This document shows, piece by piece, positions 40,623 through 54,635 of a stretch of 64,000 nucleotides of DNA. This DNA is from Tubulanus polymorphus (lineage: Eukaryota; Animalia; Nemertea): positions 19,901,245 through 19,965,244 of the forward strand of contig NC_134028.1 in NCBI RefSeq assembly GCF_964204645.1, written 5' to 3'. A program made the translations under genes and the position numbers. The number at the start of each line of letters is the position of its first letter. The first letter of the stretch is position 1. The notes below the pieces were generated by a model. The model made no database searches, was not told the origin of the DNA, and saw only the letters and a program-made list of their open reading frames with translations.

Positions 40623-43600
40623 GGCTGTAGCAAGGATGGCTTAGGGCAGCTGTCCAGAGCTATACAAACAGAGAATGCCCAAGTATTGTATGAGGTAGGA
40701 TCGGGGATAACGGGGGATAGTGGGCGCTCACAGACAAAATTGAAATCTCACAAACAAAACTTGACAAAGAAGAAAATTTTGAAAGAAAAACCAAAAGTAT
40801 TATGCTCTGAGCACCCGCTATCCTTAAATTGTGTTATTTTTGATGAACGGATGGATGTTTTGATTGATACAGGAGCAACTCGAAGTGTCATATCATATGA
40901 ATACTTTTTAAAATTAAGATCCACGGTATTAGTAACGCCGTTAGAATATGACGGTTATAAATATGCTACGGTAGCTGATGGGGGTACATTAGAAATATTC
41001 GGTATTGTTAAATTAAATCTTAAAATGGAATCAAGGGTTGTTACGCAAGAATTTCTGATATTAAGGAAATTGGCTCACCCATGTATTCTAGGCATGGATT
41101 TCATTAACAGTCAGGGTGTGGTTATTGACACTCCAAGAAAGCTCCTACATCTGTCATCCGGTCACTCAATACCTCTTCACGGGGGGGGGGGGGGGGGGGC
41201 AAAGGTACAATTACAAATTTGTATAGTAGCTAACGATACGGTCACAATTCCGCCTGGTACACAGGTGTAGATAAAAGCAAAAATGAAGGGGACGGGAAGA
41301 AAGGACGGTGTAGGTTTTGTTCAACAGTCAGCTAGATTATGGGATAAATATGGTATTATGGGTGCGGCTAGTATATCTAATATTAAAAGTGGGGTATTAC
41401 CTGTGCAAGTTTGTAATCCATCAAATTATTCAAAACGGTTAAAAAAGGGTGCCATTTTAGGAGATGTTACTCTCATCGATTTAGATGCTCCTATCGCAGA
41501 CGGGTCATATATGACACTTGATAGTGAAGGTATTTCCACGCCTCAACCTGAAAATCAAAACGATATATTAGATAGTGTGGAAACGGGAGACATATCGGTA
41601 CAGCAAAAAGCTGATTTAAAATCATTATTGGAGGAATACAGAGATAGGTTTGCAGAAGGGATATTGGAGTTGGGAACCGCAAAGGGGGTTGATTGCAATA
41701 TTGAGACTGAAAATGAGGTGCCTATTCGGTCACGACCATATCGGGTTCCATTAGCGTTGAGGGATATTTTAGATAAGCAGATTGATGAACTTAAAAAGCA
41801 AGGCGTTATTGAAGATTCAAATTCAAATTATAGTTCTCCCGCACTTTTGGTACCAAAACCAGATGGGTCATATCGATTGTGTATTGATTTTAGGCGATTA
41901 AATAAGGTATTAAAATTGCAAACATTACATCCAATACCTCATATCTTCGACACCTTAACTATGTGTGGCTCCGCTAGGCCAAAAATATTTTCTTCTCTAG
42001 ATTTAAGAAGTGGTTATTTTCAGATCCTGATTTCACAAGAGTCTCGTCACAAAACGGCGTTCGTAACGCCTACTGGTCATTACCAATTTACTAGATTACC
42101 CATGGGCATAGCATCGGCCCCTAGTATTTTTCAATCCATTATGGCTCGCCTCTTACATTCATTAGGGGACTCTGTTTTGGTTTATTTAGATGACCTTTTA
42201 GTATTTTCTACGTGTTGGGAGGATCACTTACAACATTTACGCCAACTTTTTGAAAGGTTACGGGTGGCGGGGTTGACACTTAAACCCAGCAAATGTTTTA
42301 TTGCTCGACCAAACTGTAAGTTTTTGGGTTTCTATTTAGACGGGGATGGCATTAGAACTAATCCCGAGAAAGTAAATGTGATTCGAAACTGCCCTGTGCC
42401 TACAAATCAAACTCAAGTTCGGTATTTCCTAGGGGCTGCTAATTTCTATAGAAAATTCATTAAGAACTTTTCGGGGCGGGCACGACCATTGACACTATTG
42501 ACGAGAAAGGGTATACCATTTCTATGGTCTGACGATTGTCAGAAAGCGTTTGATGACTTGAAACAGGCACTTATAACAGCACCCGTGTTAGCATATCCTT
42601 CTCTGGAACGCAAGTTCAAGGTTCACTGCGACGCATCAAATTTTGCGATGGGATATTGTCTTGTACAGGAAGGAGACGATGGTCAAGAACACGTAATTGC
42701 ATACGGTGGACGAGCACTAACAAAACAAGAACAAGCATATTCCGCTAGTGAGCGGGAGTGTCTGGCACTCATTTCAGCCATTAAGTATTATAAAGTATAC
42801 CTGTATGGAAATCCTTTTACGGTGGTCACAGATCATAAAGCACTGTTGTGGTTAAAAAAGATGGAGGTCGATGGTCTCGCCTCAGGTCGGCTACAACGGT
42901 GGTGCATCTTCCTACAAGGATACCAATATGACGTTGAGTATCGGGCAGGAGTACAACATGCAGATGCGGATTTCTTGTCTAGATTAAGGTATCCAGAAAT
43001 AGTGGCTGTTGACACAGGTAACGACGATATCTTGGTGAATTTGCCTATGGAACAACGTAAAGATAATGAGTTACGACCTATCATTGATTACCTATTAGAC
43101 GGATCATTACCAAAAAATGATCGTTTGGCACGACGAATAATCTTGTCGCACGAAAGGTATATTCTGGACAACAAGGGTAATCTTCAATACTTGCAACATT
43201 TAAATCGCCGCCAATCTGCTCACTTCTCTCCTTGCTATGTGATACCAAAACAACTTCGCTTACAAATCCTGCAAGAAACACATGAGGTTTTTGGAGGACA
43301 CAGTGGCATCAAGTCAACGTATATGCGTCTGAAAAATAGGTATTATTGGAATGGTATGTTTAACGATGTAAAGGATTTCTGCTTACGATGTAATTTCTGT
43401 CAACGGAAAGGGTTGTCTGCAAAAGAGGCTACTAAGGTTTTAATGCAAACGGTACGGGTGGAGCCAATTTTCCATAAATTTGCTATGGATATGGTGGGTC
43501 CCTTTCCGGTGTCTGACAAGGGGCATAAATATGTGTTGACATGTATTGAAACTTTTTCATCATATATGGAGGCATTTCCGCTTAAGACGGCATCGGCAGA

Positions 43601-44694
43601 AATGGTGGCCGAAAGGTTGGTGGATGGTATCATTTTGAGATATGGGATGTTTTCTACTATACTTACCGACAATGGGTCAAACTTTATCTCAAAAGTCTTT
43701 CAACGAACGGCCATCCTCTTGGGGGGTAGAACAAAAACTACGTCCTCATATCATCCACAGGCGAATGGTGCTTTAGAAGTACAACATAGACAAATCAATA
43801 GCTAAGTTATTAGATGGACAAAGCCCGGGAAAGTGGGACTTATATCTGCAATCTGCGGTATTCGCAATGAATTCCTCAAATAATATCAATTCGACGTCAT
43901 TCACGCCTTTTGAAATTGTTTTTGGGCGGATGCCTAAATTGCCCATGGAACTAGCCATATCAGCTCCAAAAAATGAATATGGGTCTCATGTGGCCTATTT
44001 TCAACACTTAATTAAGAAGATGGATATAGTACATGACATAGTTCGTAAGAATCGGGAACTGAGCAAAATAAAAATGAAGCAGCAGTACGATAAAAATGCT
44101 AAAGATATTCAGTTTGAAGTGGGGAGTAAGGTTTTTCTTTATTACCCACACTTGCCTACTGGGGCATCAAAGAAATTACATTCATTTTGGCTGGGCCCAT
44201 ATGAAATTATTGAAAAAATAGGAGAAGTTAATTACAGATTGAGAACGGATGATAATCGAAAGGTTAAAACATTAGTTCATGTAAATAGGTTGCGTCCGGT
44301 TTATGAATCTAAAAAACCGCCTACTTACGACTTACCGCAGACTATTGAAAAATTAGATGACTTACCAGGGAACCTCGCCATGGATGAAATCGTTTTGCCC
44401 CATAAGAGTCGCCATGTCAAAATCGGCATGACGCCCGCAATTGAACCTCCTACTTTGACGCAGAGGGACATGACGTTATCGAAGGGTCGCGAAAATATTG
44501 ACGGGAAAGACGAGTCGATATACACTGTGTCTCGAATACTCAAACATAGAAGACGGGGAGGCAGGTTGTATTATTATGTCGCCTGGGAGGGTTATGCGGA
44601 TAAGACTTGGGAACCGGAGGAGAATTTCTTGGATAGGTCGATCTTGACGGCATATCATCAGAAAGCCAAGAAAAGACGGAAACGACGTGCATAG
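40623..44694 (+). pseudogene. pol: Pol (protease, RT, RNase H, integrase, chromodomain) with an in-frame stop at 41268-41270 and a frameshift near 43800
   Basis: LIDTGA, YLDD, CDAS, TDHKAL, HHCC, TDNGSNF, GPY, AWEGYADKTWEPEEN. Confidence 0.92.
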
Positions 44695-44880
44695 GATATT
44701 TGCCACGCACCCAACAGTTGTTGCGAAATTAATTAAGGATAATAGGAGAAATGAGTATGAGTATAAAGTTGCTGTGTTTTAAGAAATTGTTAGGAAATCA
44801 AGGAGTTATGATTTAAATTGTTGTTTTAGGAACCATGGTTCGGAGTATAGTTCATATCGTTATGATTTGGTCGTGGATAG

Positions 44881-45305
44881 TGATCGATTGCCTCTAAGAT
44901 GTCTTCTCTCCAAAAATCAAACTAACGACCAGGCAATCTCATAGGATCTACTGCTGACAACTGTCCTGGTGGCTGCCAAAAATTGAACTCCCTCTCTCTA
45001 CTTGTTCCCCGACTTAACTAGTATCTCCCTCTACCAAGTTTCAACCACGTGATCTCTCCCTACCAAATTTAGTGTGGTTTCTACAGAATCTGCAGCCTCC
45101 ATCAACCACTCTCCGCCTAGAAATATATTCCCAACCACCAACACTACATACCAAGTTTCTGAATCATGTTTTCTGAACTATTCCCTTAGACTAAGATATT
45201 TCTTGTTTGCTTCGTTAAACCCAACTGTTCCCATTAAATCATTATTTTTTTCCCAGACGTTACTAATATTTATTTCATTATTTGGTTAACCCTAGTCAAC
45301 TATCA
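44881..45305 (-). repeat. 3-prime LTR of nested element
   Basis: Identical-looking copy of 55934-56358. Confidence 0.95.
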
Positions 45306-46801
45306 TCCCCCCAGGCTTAATTTTTTTCGCCCCGAAAAACAAATGGCAACCATCCAGACATGAACTTTATTCAACCAGATTAAATATAAGATAAAACAAT
45401 ATACAAACAATACAATACAGATACGACAGCATTCTTAAGGAATTTAATTTAACATAATAATCATCAGTAGTTTATATTATCATAATTAATATCATCATTC
45501 ATTTATCATTATACATGGCAATTTATTTATTCATTGAACTAATTTTATTCATTAATGCATTATTAAATATGTAAATTTTTTTTTCGCACGATTCTATTTC
45601 CACTTCCGCAGCAGTTCAGCATACAACGCGCAAAACAAAAGTTGATCATTTATGTACGAAAATTGAATGCACAACAAGTTCAATCAAGTCATTTAATTAA
45701 CAAGAAAGTGTCGAAGCATGAATCGGTACCACTCACACACAATAACGCACCCATTTAGATGGCGAATCAGAATCTTCTCGAATAACGGCGGCTCTCGCGT
45801 CGACAAACGGTCTCCATTCAAAAGCATCAAATCAAGTAACCGTACAAATGACATGAGTACACAACAAAATACGGTAAGAGACGTACCATAAGGTATACGA
45901 CATATTAAACATTAAGACGCAGAACAAACAGGTATATATTATAATGCGAATACATCGCCACAGACGAACACTAATCAATTCGATTACAGCGCAAACGATG
46001 ACGAAGCGGTTTTCTTTTCTTTTCGAACGAACAACTGACAGCTAATAATACAGAATGATGGCCATAGGTGTTAACGAACAAGCTAGCACAGTCTCACAGC
46101 TCGAGTCGGTTTTATTTTTCGAATGGACCATACTACGATCCTGAATATAATTATCTATCACACCGTCCATAATATACGGGACTTCCAGGGATCGCAAGAA
46201 CGACGGCACCATATTGAGAATCACTCTCCACAACGATTCAGCAGCGGTATAACGGAACAAGCGACCGAACGCTCGACAATCTGCACGAACAGCGAATTGG
46301 GCGAAGTCCGAACAACGCATTCAGATCCAGGATACGGACGATCGCGCTAAGTTGAGGTCACGTAAAGCGAATCCGGTGACTGCAAGTATATGTGAAGATG
46401 GCGACGGCTACGGTCTCACGACGATCTCGAAACAATACAGTCCATTCCCGACGAGTTCGACTCTGGCCGAAACGAAAGTGACATGGAACAACCCAAACAA
46501 AACTAAGCAATCAAACCCAAAACACTCCCCATGGTTGTGCAGATAAAGATAGCATAGCAATAATATATGAGATTTTCAGTAAATAGATAAGGTACAATTC
46601 ACTCCAAATGCTAAACCAAAAGATTCCGATAAATGATAATTATGCAACGATATACGATATAACATACGTTATATAGTTCCAAATGAACGTAATATCTTTT
46701 ATAAATAATAAAGGAATTTGCAATTAATGACTATAGAACCAAACGAACACAGCAACACGACTACATTCCAAATACGAATAATTTCATAAAATATTCAAAA
46801 C

Positions 46802-49423
46802 TTAAGGCTGATAAAGTGACAAGTCCGGATAAAGACCTGACCTCCCACCTGGTCTCCCAGCTAAACTAGATGCATCAATATTTCGAATCATGTCTTGAGA
46901 ATATTGAATCTCATGAGGTATACCTTTATCTTCACTGATCGACAAAGGAACCAAAAGATCGTGATGTTTAACATATATCCGTAAAGTAAATGATGAGCTC
47001 ATAATCAATCTTCCAATTCGCCTATATAGAGAAGGCTTGACCGGAATTTTATCCGGAAAATCAATAGCAATTCCATCATACTGAATTTTACAAGGTGTAA
47101 CCCAATCAAGATTGATAAATAATTTAAAGAAATGAGAATTACAATGTAGCTTACGTAAAGCAGGGGATCCAAGTAAGGAAATACTGCCCGCACAGGCATT
47201 AAGATCAATTAATGGAAGTAAGATACATTCATTCCAATCCGAAATCTCTAAAAGTAGCTGTGATTTACAACGTTGAACCATATTACGCCTGCCCCTTAGA
47301 AAGGTAAATAGGTATTTAATATCATAACACAGGAAATGCAACGCACAGAAGATAATAGCCAGAAGAACTATCGTGTCAACTAGAAAATTGGAATCGTCGT
47401 CAATTAGCGATTGAGCAACCCGCGAAGACTGTTCTAAAAATGAAATAGTCCTATTAGACTGTATAACCGTTGCCCCAGCAAGTGGTGCTGCATGAGCTGC
47501 ACCCAAGGCTGCAACCGGAAAAATACCCCCTGGATTATACCGTATCATGAAGAAAATATAAACTGACATAGCAAGCGCCGCTATGCTCAGAATAGTAGGA
47601 ACCGATATAATGCCTATAGACGATGGAGATGAAAATATATGTCGCAAATTATCTTTAGCTAGTTCATTCTTTAACGCGTCGGCCTTTGAGGCGAACAAAT
47701 CTACATTAGACTTATGCGTTGAAGCCAATCTCTTAAGATCCGTTGAAAATTTAGCATCCTTTGATGCTACCAAATCCCATGATTCTTTATTCAGTTTTAA
47801 GGGTGGAACCTCAACCATAGGCGCTTTCGATAACTCATTCCCCCTTATCTTTCTCAAATCTGCAGCATTAGAGAACAACGAATGCAGCACAGGTAAATTT
47901 ACTACATGCAAAACAGTTTTATCCTCCTTTCCAATATGACAACCTGTGAGTTTATAAGGGATCCGAAAAGATGACGCAATTATAGAGCAAAAACAAGGGA
48001 TTGTCATTACGCACAACCTGCAACCATTGATAGACTTAACCTGTCGGTCAGAACAATGCATAGTCCAAACTTCGTCAGCAGATGACAGTAAATAACGCCC
48101 ATCCGCTAATTCATAACTACCTTCAAACAGTAACGCTTCCTCATATCTAATGTCACACAATTTCATTATAGCCTCAGGTTGGTCCCAAAATAGCGCTGAC
48201 GCACACGTTAATTTATGACGGGAATTGAGAGATTTAGTTGTACTACACACTTTAAGGTCTCTACCGTTGCAGGAAAGTAAAAAATCACTATCGAATTCGG
48301 TATAATATTCGTTATCACTTGTAACGGCGATATACTGAGGTAAACCAAAAATTTGAGTCGTATTAGCACTAGTGGCATTCGACGGTACAGGTAATGTATC
48401 AATATGATAAACATCCATAAAACCAGCCAAACTATGGATGGGAATGGCGATCGTTATATATAAATACGTTTCAGTCTGCGTGAACGTGATATCCCGCATT
48501 TGATAATAAAAACTAGGCTGACTATGCGTAACCTTAAAACTAGGATAATGATCGCTGAGAATATCCTGTACATTATTAATTACTTTATTGATCTGTTCAG
48601 GACCCACGAGAGAAATAGGCAAAAAGCCATCCAATAATAACTGAGTTGCCTGTAGAAAATTCTCCGACTGGCCAACTACTACCCCAAAACGGTATTGGTA
48701 GTCAACCAAGTTCCTCATTAAAATGGACAAAGCCGAAACTGTGACATTTAAACGATCCAATTTATGAAATATTTCCTTCCGAGAATTTCGGTACTCTACA
48801 GTCAAAATATTATAAGAATCGGCAAACCTCTTAATTGTTTCATGATTCTCTTTGATGGCCACCATAGCATTATCAAGCCTTTCGTTAGTTGTGTTCATGA
48901 ATGAATTAAGCAACTTGCCGTCTTGTACAACCTGATCAGCCAAGGCTGTTACCCCTGACTCCACTTTGAGGACATGTTGCCTAAGTGCGTCCACGTCCTC
49001 TTCAGTAGCCGTGCCAAATAGCGACTTCGCAAAATTTCCTACAAAGTTTAATAAAGCTCTTTTCCCACGACCACTTGCCCTAACAGGAATCAAAGATTTA
49101 ACGGTATTCATATTAGCGTTAAGCCGTGTTCGTGTTTCTTTAATCTGAGAATTTAATCGCTCAATAATCGTATTTAACATCCCACAACCGTTATACGGGT
49201 GAAAATGATAATGTATAGGGCATGATAGAGGGGTTATAATATCGAGGTCAAATTTAGGCCAGGGAATACAGAAGGTATGCCTATACTTGGAAACACCATT
49301 AAGAATATTTGTGAACTTATTGAAGACAATTCCCCAATTCAACATAACAACTGAATTCGCCGAAGTGTCAACCGGTTCCAACGTCGTCATGTAAACAGCC
49401 AGTAATAAAATGTAAAGCCTCAT
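46802..49423 (-). CDS. env: Envelope fusion glycoprotein (baculovirus F/errantivirus Env-like), 873 aa
   Basis: Signal peptide, furin site RGKR, fusion peptide ALLNFVGNFAKSLFGTATEED, heptad region, Cys-rich ectodomain, hydrophobic TM segments. Confidence 0.9.
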   Translation of the reverse strand: MRLYILLLAVYMTTLEPVDTSANSVVMLNWGIVFNKFTNILNGVSKYRHTFCIPWPKFDLDIITPLSCPIHYHFHPYNGCGMLNTIIERLNSQIKETRTRLNANMNTVKSLIPVRASGRGKRALLNFVGNFAKSLFGTATEEDVDALRQHVLKVESGVTALADQVVQDGKLLNSFMNTTNERLDNAMVAIKENHETIKRFADSYNILTVEYRNSRKEIFHKLDRLNVTVSALSILMRNLVDYQYRFGVVVGQSENFLQATQLLLDGFLPISLVGPEQINKVINNVQDILSDHYPSFKVTHSQPSFYYQMRDITFTQTETYLYITIAIPIHSLAGFMDVYHIDTLPVPSNATSANTTQIFGLPQYIAVTSDNEYYTEFDSDFLLSCNGRDLKVCSTTKSLNSRHKLTCASALFWDQPEAIMKLCDIRYEEALLFEGSYELADGRYLLSSADEVWTMHCSDRQVKSINGCRLCVMTIPCFCSIIASSFRIPYKLTGCHIGKEDKTVLHVVNLPVLHSLFSNAADLRKIRGNELSKAPMVEVPPLKLNKESWDLVASKDAKFSTDLKRLASTHKSNVDLFASKADALKNELAKDNLRHIFSSPSSIGIISVPTILSIAALAMSVYIFFMIRYNPGGIFPVAALGAAHAAPLAGATVIQSNRTISFLEQSSRVAQSLIDDDSNFLVDTIVLLAIIFCALHFLCYDIKYLFTFLRGRRNMVQRCKSQLLLEISDWNECILLPLIDLNACAGSISLLGSPALRKLHCNSHFFKLFINLDWVTPCKIQYDGIAIDFPDKIPVKPSLYRRIGRLIMSSSFTLRIYVKHHDLLVPLSISEDKGIPHEIQYSQDMIRNIDASSLAGRPGGRSGLYPDLSLYQP

Positions 49424-49475
49424 GGTAGTATCCTAAAAGAGAACGAAATATAGTTACTACATTCCGTGAACCAAC

Positions 49476-52400
49476 TTATTCCTTTAGTTCCTTCGTTTTA
49501 AAATAGTTCTCAATTAAACTTGGGTTTAATATATTTTCCTCAGGTTCGAAAGTAGACTCGCCTTTCGTATAACCCTCCCACCATATCTTAAAATGGCGTT
49601 TACCATTGATAACTTTATCACCTAAAATCTCTTTAACTATAAAAATGTCATCTGGAATATCAACTAACTCATCTTCCTGATTTGCTAAATCCGATCTTAA
49701 AGGTTCGCCAAAACAAGCGTCTTGATCTCCTATTGGAAGATCGTCCCTGTGAACAAACTTCTTCAACCTATCTGCTGCTATAGGACTTTTCATATATTTA
49801 TCAGTTTTAACACATTTGACTCTAAATGTAGAGGGACCTATTGACTTTACAATCTGGAACGGTCCACGATAACGCTTTTGTAACTTCCTAGTCAACCCTT
49901 TCTTAAAATTTGGAAAGAAAACCCAACAGTGGTCCCCAACTTCAAAGTTGACCGGGGTAGCATGTTTATCGCTGATCTTTTTGAATGCAGCTTGTGCCGT
50001 AAGGATCGCACCTTTAGCTATCTTGTAAACATACCGTAATTTATCTTGGGCCAGTCTGACATGTGTGTTTATCTTTAGAGGATTATACATAGGTTCCAGT
50101 AATGCACTATCTAGCGGCGTGTTCGGATGCCTTAAAAACATTAAGTAAAATGGACTATAATTCGATATTGACTTCATTGGACTAGTATTATACGCAAAGA
50201 CTGCAGCACGCAAGTAAGTGGTCCAATCGGTTTGATTATCAGAAATCATCATAGATAATAAGGATTTAATTGACTTGTTCGTAACTTCACAGAGACCATT
50301 GCATTTAGGATTGAATGAAGCAGTCTTCTTATGTGTAATATTCGAGAATTTAAGTATTTCCTCCACAATCTCACTTAAGAAATTACTTCCGCGATCACTT
50401 AATAATTCTTTAGGGAAAGCATATCTTAGGAAAATTTCATCATACATGATTCTAGCAATAGTAGGAGCAGTTATATCAGGAACCGCAAATGCTTCACAAT
50501 ATCGTGTAAAATTACACACAAAGACCACAATTTGGTTCATCCCATCACTAGACCTTGTCAAGGGTCCCACACAATCTACTGATATTTTGACAAAAGGACC
50601 ATCAGGAATCTCCTGTGGTTGTATTGGTGCATGACCACGTCTATTAGACCTCTTTCGCTGATTACAATTAGAACAGCTGGATACAAAGTGAGATACATCT
50701 CGATACAAGTTCTTCCAAAAATAGTTTCGATATATTCTAGAATAAGTCTTAGGTATACCAAAATGCCCAGAAATATTCTCGACATGCATAAATTGTAGAA
50801 TTTCTTGTTTCAATGATTCGGGTACTACTGATGGTAAGAAATAATCTCCGTTTTCATTTTTCGACGGCCTTGGGATATGATATAAAACCCCTTTTTCATT
50901 CAAGGTATATTGATCAGCTTCTAGTAGAACTAATCTTGCTTCCGACTCGTCATCAGATAAAGTACCATTTTCTAAATAATTTATCATGTCAGATAAATGC
51001 CTGTCTTTTAATTGCTCATTGCGAATATTATCTACGTCAACACGTGCTAACTCATAAATCTTGGTGTTGGATCCGAAATTCATTCTGCTTAACCCATCTG
51101 CGTTACCGTGGATCCTACCGGGCTTGTGTTTAATTTCAAAATCATACTCCGATAACTCATCTAACACTCGTAATACCTGTGGGGTAGGATTTTTCATTCG
51201 CTTAACGTAAGACAATGCCGCATGATCAGTTTGAATGACAAAACGGTTTACCATAAAGAAATGGCCGAAAATGACGGACACCGTACAGTATGGCGGCTAA
51301 TTCCTTGCGAGTGGTATTGTAATTAAGTTCGGCTTTTGTAAACTGTATTGATGCATACGAAATAGGATGCTCATTGCCATCGTCTGAAATTTGACTTAAA
51401 ACCATACCGCAAGCAAAGTTACTAGCATCACACTGCAGAATGAACGGTTTGTCGAAATCAGGAAATTCTAATACCGGAGCTGACTGAAGAGCCATCTTCA
51501 AATTGTCAAATGATTTTTGACATTCATCAGACCACTCAAATTTAACATCCTTTTGAAGTAGTAACGTTAGGGGTTTAGCAATCGTGGCATAATCTTTTAC
51601 AAATGATCTATAGAATCCTGTCAGACCAAGAAATCCTCTCAGAGTTTTAAGAGAGTTTGGAGTAGCACATTCTTCAATCTTATGAATTTTCTCTTCCAAT
51701 GGTAGCAATCCAAATTCAGTTACTAAGTAACCTAAATATTTAACTTTATTAGAAAAGAAATGACATTTAAGTCGTTTTAATTTCAAATTCGCTTCACGCA
51801 GTCGTTCAAACACTAGTCTCAGATGTGCTAAGTGAGATTCCTCATCCTCAGAGTATATAATAATATCATCCAAAAATACTTCACAAATATCATGAAGGAG
51901 ATCTTTTAAAACATATGTAATATTTCGCCAAAATGTGGCGGGTGCTCCTCCTAACCCTTGCGGCATCATTAGGTATTCCCATTTTCCACTGTTGCAAACA
52001 AAAGCTGTTTTGTCTATAGAATCCGAATGCATAGGAATCTGAAAATATCCCGAATGTAAATCTAGTGTTGTAAATATTTTGCCTTTCCCTTTACCAATGT
52101 TAGTGAATATCTCAGTTAATGTAGGTCCAGGGAATGTGTCAATTTTTGTTACTTTATTGAGCTGGCGGTAGTCATGAACCAAGCGATAAGCTGGTGTTTT
52201 ATCAGGGTTCAATGAAGCTTTTCGTACTAGTATGCAAGGAGACGCCCATTCGGAAGTTGACTCCCGAATGATTCCTTTATCAGCTAATTCCTTAATTAAG
52301 TTATCTTCAACTTCTCTGAGTGCAACAGCGGGTCTATAGGGTTTTAACCTTACCGGGGGAGATGAACCAGTGTGTATTCGATGCTCCCAGGGTACCTTAG

Positions 52401-54635
52401 CTCTCGATAATTCCTTCGTTTCCTTCGCAAAAATATCTTTAAATTCTACTAATAAATTGTACAGTTTAATTTTACCTTCCGGACTGAGACCTGTATCAGT
52501 TATATTAATATCTTGAAAATTGATATTTCCAGTGTCATTTTCTAAAAATCGTTTTCTAAAATCAGAGACTTTAAATTCTTTAGGTCCCGAGTTCTTTGAT
52601 TTTTCACCCTCCGAGTCACTTGATTGATTAGCCTCGGGAACTATCATATAATTCAGCGTTACAAAACCTAAAGATGTGCCTTTATGTAATTTTATCGGGG
52701 CATTCGTAAAATTGTATAGTGTCAATGGCACTGTTATATTGCGCACCTCGACTACTGACTCATCACTATGAATACTGTACCTCGATCCAAGATTGCGATC
52801 TGGTTCTAAAAGAACCTGGTTGCTGTCAGAAAGATAATTCGAGAGTTTACCCCTTATTTCATACTGTGATTTCGGTGGTACTACTATTTCATTAACAGTT
52901 CTCACTTTAGCCTGATGACCCAAACCAACTTGATTTTGTAATTTTATTGGGTGTCCATTATCTATAGACATATTTCCTGAACCAAAATCTAATACAACCT
53001 TTTTCTCATTCATGAAATCTAATCCCAATATCAAAGTTTGTTGTATAGGGCTCGCTAAATATACTGTTTGAGAAAATCGCTCAGAACCTATTTGAATAGG
53101 TATATCTACCGTTCCTTCTAAAGATATAGGGGTTCCATTTGCTGAATGCGCCACGGTTAACGATGCTTCGTTGATAGGTAATTTATTAAGTAGAGAAGAT
53201 GAATGATAAACTCTACTATCCATTACGGAGATCATGGCTCCGCTGTCAATTAAAACATTATAAGGGGTGTTTCCTATCTTCCCATTAACTGTACTGGCTA
53301 CAGATGCTAAGATGATTGGATGTTTATCATTCTCGGTACTAAAATAAGCATCCTCTGCAGGGTATTCAGAGGTTAATGACTGTTCTCGTAAAAATTCCGA
53401 AACCTCGCCTATAACGGCTTGAGACAAGGGATCTTCACACTCGACTAGTTGGAGATCAGTAACAGCTGCCTCGCATTTATTTTGGAATTCTAACCTGGGA
53501 TAGTTAGAAGATACAGCATAAGTTCCAGCAGAAACATCAATCAAAAATTCAGACACATCATTCAGAATTTCATTTCCAGACCTTGAATATGATTTTTCGC
53601 ATTTTCTAAAATTAATATCGTTCGTTCCTACATTTCGACACTGAAGTTTCTGCAATTTATTTGCTGCCCACTTGCAAACTTCAATAATTTCTTCACCAGG
53701 GTCCCATAATTTAAATTCACGAGCTATTTTAGAGGTATTTTGTACTTCGGTGTCTAATTCAGACGTTTCATCGAATTTTACATGTTTCTTAATCTTCGCC
53801 GATTCCATTTCACATTGATTTCGCGTACATGTATCTACTAAATCGTCATCGGACCTTTTGTCATTCTCCCCAGGGTCCCAACATCTGGGTTCACGAGTTA
53901 TCTTTGAGGCAATTTGAACCTCCGCATTTACGTCGGACATCTTTTCAAAACTTACACGTTTTTTAATTTTCTTAGTTTCAATTTCAAACTGATTTTGTAT
54001 ACACTTTTCTTCTAATTCCTTATTTGATATAATTTTGGAATTTTCCTCTCCTTCAGAGTAAGAGCTAAAACTAGAAACATTTTCATTATCTATCTTTCCG
54101 TCATTTACTGCGGTAGATTCAATCTGACTATCGCAATCATTACTAATTTTACTATCAAATTTATTATTCATACCATCATAACTCAATGTAATATCTTCTC
54201 TATTTAAATTCAATAGACTATTCGATTCAATTCTTTCAGATTTACTTTCTGCTTCTGACAGACCTTTTCCCGGTAAATTACTATCTGTTTTCATAAACGG
54301 TTTATTTTCACTAAGTGCGGATACCCCCATAGATTCATCAGTATACACTAAACTATTCAGATTTCGTCTGGGATCCTCGCCAGCAAACCTACACATATTA
54401 TACCCATCGCACCTGTCCGTTAAAATAAACTCATTACCATACAGATCGTCTGTCTTATCGTAAGCATAAGGCTCAAAATAATTCTGCTCATATTCTGAAG
54501 GGAAGTTTCTTTCTCTAAATTCATTATAGCATTGTAAATAATCATATCTATCATCATAATTAGATTTACCTAAATGTCCGTTCGTAAATGCCGATGTGGC
54601 TATAGGACCTTGATTCACCCCGTAATCATAGGCCC
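49476..54635 (-). CDS. pol: Pol with a single 1-nt frameshift in RNase H (51240-51243); integrase with chromodomain
   Basis: LIDSGA, FLDD, QCDAS, TDH, SDRGSNF, GPF, KIWWEGYTKGESTFEPEENI. Confidence 0.93.

Noticed and set aside
41181-41199. G19 run as a recoding site
   Set aside because: Frame is maintained; more likely a homopolymer expansion or sequencing artefact
45700-46560. Extra ORF or antisense gene downstream of the nested env
   Set aside because: Only short ORFs; no consistent exon chain or motif could be built
51226-51281. Programmed frameshift between RT-RNase H and integrase
   Set aside because: Falls inside the conserved RNase H F(V)IQTDH motif and is explained by one extra base
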